Assembly: GCA_000091165.1 (NCBI GenBank)
Contig: FP565575.1
Coordinates: forward strand, 2,340,001 to 2,372,000
Source: Candidatus Methylomirabilis oxygeniifera
GTDB taxonomy: Bacteria; Methylomirabilota; Methylomirabilia; Methylomirabilales; Methylomirabilaceae
Length of the DNA stretch: 32,000 nucleotides
Reading direction: 5' to 3'
A program made the position numbers and the translations under genes. Shown piece after piece: positions 12,808-20,501 of this stretch. Every line of letters starts with the position of its first letter. Positions within the stretch are counted from its first letter, which is position 1. The notes under the pieces are model-generated. The model ran no database searches, was not told the DNA's origin, and saw only the letters and a list, made by a program, of their open reading frames with translations.

Positions 12808-15396
12808 TTACCTCCCGACTTCGCTCGACCCCGCCGCCTGTTGCTCAGCCTTCTTGCTCGCCCGCATGTCTGCCGCGCGGAGGATGGCTTCCAGGTGCGC
12901 CAGCCGAAACGGGCCGAGTGTGTTTCGCAAATGGAGCATCCGTTCTGCCCAAGACGGCAGCCCTCTGAAAGGTTCCTGTTCGCACAGGCCCAACTCCATC
13001 GGCTCCAGCGAGAGCTTGACAACGGGAGCGGTCACGCCGCTGCCCAGATCAGTTGCCGGAAGCCCATCTCCGTCCCAGATGCCTCTAGCGAAACGGCGCT
13101 CTCCATCAGGGCGCATCTCATTCGGCAGTGAGCGGAGGGAGATGCGCACCTTACCGTGGTGCGCGGCGACAAGATACGCAACAAGGTCACGAATCTCGTT
13201 GGGAATGTTGTCATTTCTGGGGTCGAGCACCGACAGGGCCGAAGCGAGCTCATGGCGGAAGTGCCAGCGGCTGTACCGCTTCCAAGCTCCCGCCGCCTTG
13301 GCCCAGATCAGCGCTTCGTCAGGGACACCATCAGGTAGCGCCGCCCTGAATACGTCGTGCGCCTTTCCCCGGTCATGCCAGCGAGCAGCATGCAGCAGTG
13401 CTTGGCCTTCCAAGCCATTGATTGAGACCGTCTTGTTAATCTCTTCAACTTCCTTGCACAATTCATCCGTGTGTTGAGCAATGGTCTGCCAGACGGCGAT
13501 GCGCGACAACGGGTCATCATCGGTCGCTTCTGAAGGCTCGCCTTGGGTTCCCCCCGGTGTCGGCTCAACAGGGTCCCTGCTGTCCGGATCCCACCCCCGA
13601 TCCGCCCTGTATCCGCCCGCATCGGCGTGAACGAGAAAGAGCTGTCCAGGCGCGCTCCTACTCGCGTCGGCCCTCTCCCATTTCTTGTCGAGGAAGTTCC
13701 AGCGCCAGACATGGCCTGTGTGCTCCTTGGCGAATCTGCGGAAGCCGGGATTTGTCTCGCTCCCGATTGGTGCGGGGCACAGTTCTTCCCGCCGCGGTGC
13801 GGGTGCGTCATCTGGCGGCGGTTCATGTCCCTTGCGCTGGTCCCATACGCGCCAAAAGACGCGCACGTCGCTCTCCTCCACCTCGCGGACAAAGCGGTCT
13901 ATATCGATGTCATTGCCTGCCAGGTCCGGTGTGGTGTCGAAGAGATCGATCAGGTCTTTGCGACGAATCACATGGTCGTGACTGAAGGGCATCGGGACAT
14001 TAGGGAGTGACCCCAGGCCGACATCGACCAGCCTCTTCAACTGCTCAGCCGCTTCCTTGAGATCGTTAAATTGATAGGGAGCGGCGACCTTTTCGGCATC
14101 CGCCTCCTTCGGTGGCAGGGCTATCCAGCGGACCGCAGCATTGCCGTTGTCTTCCCCCTTTCGGTTGCAGCGCCCACACCGCTGCACAAGCGACGCCCAT
14201 GGAGCCAGCTCCGTAAACAGCGTCGTGGCGCTCACGTCCACGCCAGCCTCAATGACCTGCGTGCTGACAACGATGGTGCCCGGCTCACCTGGCTTGATCT
14301 CCGCGAGCGCTCGATTCACTTGTTTCTTGCGGTCCTCGGGCCTGAATCGCGAGTGCAGCAAAACTATTCCGGGCTCGGAAGTGGTGGGGACGCTCGCACC
14401 CTTCTCCAAGTCTCTTGTCTTCTTGCTCTTCCTTCCCTCCTTTGAGGAATCATTGGCGATCGTCTTCAGGGCTTCGAACAGCGTACAGGCCCGTTTGACT
14501 GTATTGACGATGGCGATGGTCCGCGTGCCGGGCTTGTGGGCATTGCGCACTTCTTGCGCCAGCCGGGTCGCATCTCCTATCGCTGCTTCGGCCTTCGCCA
14601 GCGACTTCTTCGCCTTCCAGCGATCCTCTAAAGTCTTGCGAGCCTTCTCATCCAGTCCGTCGGCCTTGATCTGCTTTTTGAAGTCAAACTTGAGTTCGGG
14701 CGCTTCGTGGAGGAATGGCGCGAAGTCCACGGTCTTAAGCCAATCATGCTGCAATGTCGCAGACATCCATACGCTGCGACAGCCGTGGCTGTTCTTGGCC
14801 GCGTCTGGGTCTTTGTCGGGAAGGAGACGGCGGAACGCTTCAAGCTGGGCCGTCGTCGACAATCCTGCACCCATTAACTGGATCTCGTCGAAGACCCACA
14901 GGCAGTCCTTGTTAAGCAGGCCGAACTGCATGGGCCAGCGGGATCGGGTCGCGGCATATCCACGGTTGAGCGCCCGCGACAGAAGCATGTCTTGCGTGCC
15001 GATGATGATCTGGTCGCGCTCCGGGTGGATGTCCCAGTCGCCTTCGTCCTCGCCACCCATAAGGATGTGGATGTTGAGTGGCTGTGCCATTTCCTTGGGG
15101 TAGTGCTTTTTCAGCTCGGTAAGCCATTTCTTTGCCTGGCCTTCCGTCTGCTCCGCAAGCACCCGCATGGGCAAGCAGTACACGAGCCGCCGGGGCGTGA
15201 CCTTTCTGATTTCCTTGCCACAAAAACGCCGCCGCCACAGCCAGCCTAAGACCGCCATGGCCGTCTTCCCCATCCCTGTCGGCACGTTCACGAGCTGCGG
15301 CAACTCGGCTGCCTCCGCAAATCGGCGCTGATAGGGGAACGGTCGGCATCCTGTCGCCCGCTGGAACCACTGATCGAAGTCCGTCATCGGCAACAC
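12808..15396 (-). CDS. cas3: Cas3 helicase with C-terminal HD domain (I-G type)
   Basis: Walker A-like NVPTGMGKTAMAVLGWLWRRR; DEIQ motif LWVFDEIQLMGAGLSTTAQL; motif VI-like LVQRCGRCNRKG; HD motif LLHAARWHDRGKAHDVFRAAL after the helicase part. Confidence 0.92.
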   Translation of the reverse strand: MLPMTDFDQWFQRATGCRPFPYQRRFAEAAELPQLVNVPTGMGKTAMAVLGWLWRRRFCGKEIRKVTPRRLVYCLPMRVLAEQTEGQAKKWLTELKKHYPKEMAQPLNIHILMGGEDEGDWDIHPERDQIIIGTQDMLLSRALNRGYAATRSRWPMQFGLLNKDCLWVFDEIQLMGAGLSTTAQLEAFRRLLPDKDPDAAKNSHGCRSVWMSATLQHDWLKTVDFAPFLHEAPELKFDFKKQIKADGLDEKARKTLEDRWKAKKSLAKAEAAIGDATRLAQEVRNAHKPGTRTIAIVNTVKRACTLFEALKTIANDSSKEGRKSKKTRDLEKGASVPTTSEPGIVLLHSRFRPEDRKKQVNRALAEIKPGEPGTIVVSTQVIEAGVDVSATTLFTELAPWASLVQRCGRCNRKGEDNGNAAVRWIALPPKEADAEKVAAPYQFNDLKEAAEQLKRLVDVGLGSLPNVPMPFSHDHVIRRKDLIDLFDTTPDLAGNDIDIDRFVREVEESDVRVFWRVWDQRKGHEPPPDDAPAPRREELCPAPIGSETNPGFRRFAKEHTGHVWRWNFLDKKWERADASRSAPGQLFLVHADAGGYRADRGWDPDSRDPVEPTPGGTQGEPSEATDDDPLSRIAVWQTIAQHTDELCKEVEEINKTVSINGLEGQALLHAARWHDRGKAHDVFRAALPDGVPDEALIWAKAAGAWKRYSRWHFRHELASALSVLDPRNDNIPNEIRDLVAYLVAAHHGKVRISLRSLPNEMRPDGERRFARGIWDGDGLPATDLGSGVTAPVVKLSLEPMELGLCEQEPFRGLPSWAERMLHLRNTLGPFRLAHLEAILRAADMRASKKAEQQAAGSSEVGR

Positions 15397-15669
15397 CTCC
15401 CCTCAGATTTCATACCCTTGCCGAGTCATGCAGGCTGCGGGTCCCTTTGTTCCGCTCGGGGTGAGTATATAATCGATACGTTACCACGTCTCTATGACAT
15501 CCGAGGTCACTTTCCGCCTATCTGGCGGCCACAGGGGATGACCCTACGAGCTGCCATCCCCCGGATTGCGTGTGGGCGACAGAAACAGGTACCGGACACC
15601 TTTCCGCGCGTAACCCCATGGAATCCCGCGAGTCGGATTTCAATTCTTCCTCGCTCGTAAACCTCCAGG

Positions 15670-15822
15670 GTGTTGTTTCCAACGTTAACTTTCGCCTCCC
15701 CGCCCTCGACCGAAGCCCTGCTCAGTTGGTCTTCCATCACCGCGATGGCGCGCAGCGCAGGCGCCGCCTCCTCCGATAGACCGGTCTCGCCTCCTCGACC
15801 CCGAAGCCGATGCGTTGTCCCG
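15670..15822. repeat. copy A of a diverged ~150-bp duplicated element
   Basis: Shares TTTCGCCTCCC..GACCGAAGC..T..CTCAG and CCGATAG...GAAGCCGATGCGTT..TGTC blocks with 17448-17600. Confidence 0.6.
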
Positions 15823-15871
15823 CACCGTTTACTTCTTGACGTATCGCCATCTCTGCTGTATGGTTTTCCAT

Positions 15872-16099
15872 ATGAAGACCACGCTGAATATCGACGATTC
15901 CGTTATGGTCCTTCTCAAGCGCGAGGCGGCCCGGCAAGGGCGGACGATGTCCGAACTTGTGGAGTCCGCGCTTCGCCTGATGCTCCGCGCCCAGCGGAGG
16001 CGGAGCGGCCTCCCTCCGCTGCCGACGTTTCGAAGCGGGGGCCACCTCGTGGACGTCGCGGACCGCGACGCTCTGTACCAGGCCATGGAAGGCCGTTAG
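15872..16099 (+). CDS. ribbon-helix-helix type VapB-like antitoxin
   Basis: MKTTLNIDDSVMVLLKREAARQGRTMSELVESALRLML; directly upstream of a PIN gene. Confidence 0.82.
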   Translation: MKTTLNIDDSVMVLLKREAARQGRTMSELVESALRLMLRAQRRRSGLPPLPTFRSGGHLVDVADRDALYQAMEGR

Positions 16100-16533
16100 T
16101 GTTCGTCTCGGACACGAACGTTCTCATCTACGCCGCCGATGCGGATTCCCCTTTCCATCGCCGGTGTCATGCGCGCCTTCAGGACTGGCGCGGCCAGACC
16201 TCAGCCTGGTACCTGACTTGGGGTATTTTATACGAATTCCTCCGGGTGACAACGCATCCACGAGTGTTCCGACAGCCCTGGCCGGCGGCGCGCGCGTGGG
16301 AATTTATTGAGGCTGTGCTGGCTTCTCCCGGTCTCAGCCTCCTCCTCCCCACGGATAGGCATGCCACGGTCGTGGCCGAGGTATTCGGGGAACTGCCGCA
16401 CCTCGCTGGGAACGTGATACACGACGCTCACACTGCTATTCTGATGCGCGAGCATGGGATTCGACGCATCTATACCCGAGACACCGACTTCCATCGCTTC
16501 CCCTTCCTCGAACCGATTGATCCGATGGCCTAG
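16099..16533 (+). CDS. PIN-domain toxin, VapC family
   Basis: From a GTG overlapping the vapB stop: FVSDTNVLIYAADADSPFHRR...PHLAGNVIHDAHTAILMREHGIRRIYTRDTDFHRFPFLEPIDP. Confidence 0.82.
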   Translation: MFVSDTNVLIYAADADSPFHRRCHARLQDWRGQTSAWYLTWGILYEFLRVTTHPRVFRQPWPAARAWEFIEAVLASPGLSLLLPTDRHATVVAEVFGELPHLAGNVIHDAHTAILMREHGIRRIYTRDTDFHRFPFLEPIDPMA

Positions 16534-16569
16534 TGTTGTGCGTCTCACGCGTCTTTCTATGTACCGTTC

Positions 16570-16710
16570 ACCCTGAGTCTGTCGAAGGGTCAGGCATGTC
16601 GACCAGTTGCGTTCATGGTTCGACAAGCCTGTCCTGAGCATCCCAGCCGTTTCCTTCGACCAGCTCAGGACGAACGGCTGAGATGTCGAAGGGCTCACCA
16701 CGAACGGCCC
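16570..16710. repeat. dispersed intergenic repeat region of TCGAAGG / CCTGAG / CACGAACGG type
   Basis: Multiple direct and inverted copies of CCTGAGTCTGTCGAAGGG, GTTCATGGTTCGACAAGCC, CCTTCGACCAGCTCAGGACGAACGG and CTCACCACGAACGG. Confidence 0.6.
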
Positions 16711-16722
16711 ATAAAGGTATTG

Positions 16723-16968
16723 ATGACTCACCACACGAGCAAATGTCCTGTGTGCGGCGGCCCTGAAGAACCTGCCCACGTCACCTTCGCAACCACAGCG
16801 AGCGAGGCTCTCGTGTCTATCGAGGGCGTGCCAGCACTGGTTTGCCGCCAGTGCGGTGAGGAAACATTCTCGGCGGAGACAGTTAAGCGCATCGAAGCGC
16901 CGCTCGCTTCGCACCCAGCCCCCCGACGTGTCGCTGCGGTACCTGTATACACTCTGGATGCCGCGTAG
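16723..16968 (+). CDS. YgiT/MqsA-type zinc-ribbon antitoxin-like protein, apparently orphan
   Basis: [58 protein letters not shown]: two CxxC pairs and the typical [16 protein letters not shown] string. Confidence 0.75.
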   Translation: MTHHTSKCPVCGGPEEPAHVTFATTASEALVSIEGVPALVCRQCGEETFSAETVKRIEAPLASHPAPRRVAAVPVYTLDAA

Positions 16969-17385
16969 CCTATCGCCGAAAAAAGTAGGACGTCATATTT
17001 CTTCTCGAGTTCATGTAGACGCCGAGCCAGTTCTGCGTTGGAGGCAACCATCCGGCGCAGTCGCACGAAGGCTCGCATGATCTCGATGTTTACCTGCACG
17101 GCGCGAGCGCTTCGCAGGACGCTCGATAGCATCGCCACGCCTTGCTCGGTGAAGGCGTAGGGCGACGCCCGCCGGAGACCGCCCCAACTTGAAATCACAA
17201 TTTGTGATTTCAAGTTGGTTAGCTCCTCGCGAGTCAACTGAAACATGAAATCGTCCGGGAATCGATCGAGATTGCGTTTGACGGCCTGGACGAGAACGCG
17301 CGGCTCTACACCGTAGAGGGCTGCCAAGTCCGTGCTCAGCATGACCGCTCGCCACGCAGGAGGACGATCTGCTCCTCGATCAGCC
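16968..17385 (-). pseudogene. ORF6N-domain protein remnant (frameshifted N-terminus, truncated C-terminus)
   Basis: [74 protein letters not shown] is ORF6N. The preceding conserved [12 protein letters not shown] is in another frame (GAGCGGTCATG where GAGCGGGTCATG would keep frame). The open frame continues antisense through the zinc-ribbon gene, to 16728 in the ORF track. Confidence 0.65.
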
Positions 17386-17447
17386 CAGCATGAGCCACGC
17401 TCTTTTTCTCGACCAAGTTTCCTCGCTTTCGGCCCGCTGTGAACTGC

Positions 17448-17600
17448 GGGGGTGTCGTTACCTACATCGCTTTTCGCTTCCCTATTCCAGACCGAAGCTC
17501 TACCCGCTCAGTCCCTATTGCCGCGACGGTGTGCGGCGCAACCGCCGCGTCCGATAGCTCGTCCCGGCATCATCGACGTGAAAGCCGATGCGTTTTGTCG
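17448..17600. repeat. copy B of a diverged ~150-bp duplicated element
   Basis: Similar to 15670-15822; translated fragments RIGFHVDDAGTSYRTRRLRRTPSR vs RIGFGVEEARPVYRRRRRLRCAPSR on the minus strand. Confidence 0.6.
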
Positions 17601-17842
17601 GCGGTGGACAGGGGTCCGCCCCTACAACTCCTACGACCCTGCGGATCACGTCCGGCGCAGATGGAACCGGTGCGGTCGCGCCCCACAAACGGCCCTAAGA
17701 ACGAGCGCTGCAAGCGGCGCCCCTAGGATCTGCATCCTACCCCCGCAACCCCAACCTTCTCCCGCACCCGGGGGGTACCCGGGAGGCGAAGGGGAATATG
17801 TTGTTTGACATCAGATGCGGTCGATGTTAACATCATTACATC

Positions 17843-18082
17843 ATGGCGCGAACGACCATAGACATCGATACTCCACTTTTAAGAGAGCTCAAGAAGCTGC
17901 AGGCGCGGGAGGGGCGGTCCATGGGCAAGATCGTGTCGCAGCTCCTGGCGGAAGCTCTTGCGCGGCGGACACGTACGCCTCAACCTCCCAAGTTCCAGTG
18001 GACCTCCCGCCCCATGCACGCGCTCGTCGATCTCTCCGATAAAGAAGCTGTGTATGGCGTCCTGGACCGCGATACCGAATGA
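17843..18082 (+). CDS. VapB-like antitoxin
   Basis: MARTTIDIDTPLLRELKKLQAREGRSMGKIVSQLLAEAL...LVDLSDKEAVYGVLD; resembles the protein at 15872. Confidence 0.82.
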   Translation: MARTTIDIDTPLLRELKKLQAREGRSMGKIVSQLLAEALARRTRTPQPPKFQWTSRPMHALVDLSDKEAVYGVLDRDTE

Positions 18083-18513
18083 GCTATTCGGTAGACGTCA
18101 ACGTCCTTCTCTATGCTTCGGACACATCCAGTCCCAAGCATCCGGAAGCCATCCGCTTCATGGAGGAGCGCGCCTTCGACCCCGACCTGTTCTGCATTGC
18201 CTGGTCCACGCTGATTGCCTATCTCCGCATCGCTACCTATCCGCGAATCTTCGCTCGGCCGCTCTCGCCGAGTGACGCGCTAGGGAACGTCGAGTCCCTT
18301 CTCAGTCTACCGCGCGTGCGTACGCTCTCGGAGGGAGAGGACTTCCTTGATGGCTACCGTGGCGTGACCGCCCACTTTCCTGTGCGCGGCAACCTTGTTC
18401 CCGACGCTCATCTGGCGACCCTTCTCCAACAGCACGGCGTAGGCAGGCTGTATACGGCCGATCGGGACTTCAGGAAATTCGACTTCCTCGAGGTTGTCGA
18501 CCCCTTCGAATAG
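18079..18513 (+). CDS. PIN-domain toxin, VapC family
   Basis: MSYSVDVNVLLYASDTSSPKHPEAIRF...HFPVRGNLVPDAHLATLLQQHGVGRLYTADRDFRKFDFLEVVDPF; 4-bp overlap with vapB. Confidence 0.85.
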   Translation: MSYSVDVNVLLYASDTSSPKHPEAIRFMEERAFDPDLFCIAWSTLIAYLRIATYPRIFARPLSPSDALGNVESLLSLPRVRTLSEGEDFLDGYRGVTAHFPVRGNLVPDAHLATLLQQHGVGRLYTADRDFRKFDFLEVVDPFE

Positions 18514-18586
18514 CATGCCCCAATGAGCTCTCGTGTCCCATTGACTGGCTTTTACTGTACCGCCCCCCGTGACATCCGGGGTCACT

Positions 18587-19576
18587 TCACGCAAGCGTCC
18601 CGCTGAGAATCCGCCGGGCCTCATCCTGCACCCTCGCTGCAAGGGCGGCGGGTTCGAGTACCCGGACCTTGCCGCCGAAGCTCAGAATCCATCCGACCAG
18701 TTCAGGCGTGTCCGCTACCGAGAGGGTCATCCTTAAGCGCCCACCCCTCAGGGGCGTCAGGGTCTGGCTCCGGTGCCACACCCGATCCTTCACCCAGGGG
18801 GCGGCGGATTTGCTGAACAGGAGCTCGACCGTGACCGGTTGCCCCCGCATGACCACGAGGGCATCCTGCACATGGGCCTCCAGATCGAAGCCGAGCGGCA
18901 TTTGATAGGGGTGATCGGTGACGGTAAGGGAGCGGATGCGGTCCACGGCAAACAGGCGCACCTCACCGCGCCAGTGGCAGTATGCAATCAGGTAGAGGGC
19001 GCCGGCTACATACCAGAGGCGATAGGGATCGACCTCTCTGCGCGTCGTGGCGTTGCGGGACGCGGAGTAGTATCGAATCTGGAGTGTACGAAGCTGAGCG
19101 ATCGCCTGCGTAACGCGATCGATCGTGTCCTGGTGTTGCCGATAGTTCTTGTGCGGGCCAAGCCCGACTGAGAAGAAGTCCTGCATCTGCCTGACGTAGG
19201 TCTGCCCCTGAGGGGGCAGGGCGGCGGTGGCCTTATTCAGGGCGGAGTCGAGGGCGCCCTTGATCGCGGTTCCTTCCAAGGGTCTGAGCAGGTCACGGCT
19301 GAACGTCAGTGCCATGAGTTCGGTTGGGGAAAACGCCAGGGTGGGGACGTGCCGGAAGCCATCCATGAGTCGCCAGCGGGTGTGGCCGTCGACGCGTTCG
19401 GTGATGAGCGGGAAGCCGGAAGCCTCCAGCGCCTCCAGATCCCGGCGGAGGGTGCGGGAGTGACGCCGGTAGTCGTCCGGCAGGCTTTCGGTGAGTTCCT
19501 CGATGGTCACGCCACGGGCAGACTCCAGCCTCCGAAGGAGATGCCATTGTCGGATCACCTGGTCGTTGCGCGACAT
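18587..19576 (-). CDS. HTH + WYL-domain transcriptional regulator
   Basis: QVIRQWHLLRRLESARGVTIEELTESLP...SRTLRRDLEALEASGFP (DeoR-like HTH); VDPYRLWYVAGALYLIAYCHWRGEVRLFAVDRIRSL (WYL). Confidence 0.88.
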   Translation of the reverse strand: MSRNDQVIRQWHLLRRLESARGVTIEELTESLPDDYRRHSRTLRRDLEALEASGFPLITERVDGHTRWRLMDGFRHVPTLAFSPTELMALTFSRDLLRPLEGTAIKGALDSALNKATAALPPQGQTYVRQMQDFFSVGLGPHKNYRQHQDTIDRVTQAIAQLRTLQIRYYSASRNATTRREVDPYRLWYVAGALYLIAYCHWRGEVRLFAVDRIRSLTVTDHPYQMPLGFDLEAHVQDALVVMRGQPVTVELLFSKSAAPWVKDRVWHRSQTLTPLRGGRLRMTLSVADTPELVGWILSFGGKVRVLEPAALAARVQDEARRILSGTLA

Positions 19577-19670
19577 TGCTCCTCCATCATCGCCGTGTAG
19601 GTGAGGACCGTTTAGCGTGGAGCTGCCTGCTGCTGCCCCCTATGGTGTCGAAGAGATGCGGGGGCGTCGG

Positions 19671-20075
19671 CTATGTGGGATGCTCCAGCAGTGTTACCGG
19701 CAGGCCTCGCTGGATGAGCCGGAAATCGTTATCTTTGGTGAAGATGGCCTTGCCGGCGGCGTTGGCTACTACGGCAATCATGAGGTCTGGGATGCTGATC
19801 CCGTTGATTCCCATGCGCTTAAGTCGAAACTGTACGTCGATGATCTCTTCCCACAGCGAGGTCGGTTCTTTTGCCAGCGGAAGCGCATCAAAATAGTCCT
19901 TCAACTCCCGGAATTGTCTTGGCGTCCGGGCTCCGGGGATGATTTCGGCTTTGATCAGGTTGCTGGTGCACACCCGTTCTTCCTCTAACAACTGATCGAG
20001 CGCCGCCGCATAGGGGGAGTCCCGCACTCTGAAAAATTCCAGCCAGACTGAGGTATCGACCAGGACATCGCTCAC
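19671..20075 (-). CDS. PIN-domain toxin, VapC family
   Basis: MSDVLVDTSVWLEFFRVRDSPYAAALDQLL...ISIPDLMIAVVANAAGKAIFTKDNDFRLI. Confidence 0.88.
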   Translation of the reverse strand: MSDVLVDTSVWLEFFRVRDSPYAAALDQLLEEERVCTSNLIKAEIIPGARTPRQFRELKDYFDALPLAKEPTSLWEEIIDVQFRLKRMGINGISIPDLMIAVVANAAGKAIFTKDNDFRLIQRGLPVTLLEHPT

Positions 20076-20105
20076 CAGAACCTCACCTTTCGCTTTCGGC
20101 CACCG

Positions 20106-20312
20106 TCAGTGGGCAGTGGTTCGATCTTTCCTCAATCGCTTCAAGTCAACGTCGAGGTCGAGCCTTCCTCGCAATGATCGAAGCCGCTCGATCTTCTTGG
20201 ACTGAATCAACTTCTGGAGCGAGAGGATTACGGTACCGGTCATCGTCTTGGTACCGCATATCTTCTTGGCTTCCTCCAGCAGGTCCTTTGGCAGATCCAT
20301 GGTGGTTCTCAT
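20106..20312 (-). CDS. VapB-like antitoxin
   Basis: MRTTMDLPKDLLEEAKKICGTKTMTGTVILSLQKLIQSKKIERLRSLRGRLDLDVDLKRLRKDR. Confidence 0.82.
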   Translation of the reverse strand: MRTTMDLPKDLLEEAKKICGTKTMTGTVILSLQKLIQSKKIERLRSLRGRLDLDVDLKRLRKDRTTAH

Positions 20313-20501
20313 AGGCTAGCCTCCTTTATGCATATATGTAATGCATTATAGTATCCATATATTATGCATCATGTCAATCGTAACTCTCCGAATCGGCTTT
20401 CCGCCAGCCTCCCTTCATCCAGTATTTGGGGTACGTGGCCCCTGGGGAACACGATGAGATTGCCGCGCTCCCAGTGGTCGCTCGCAATGACCCCGAGAGG
20501 G

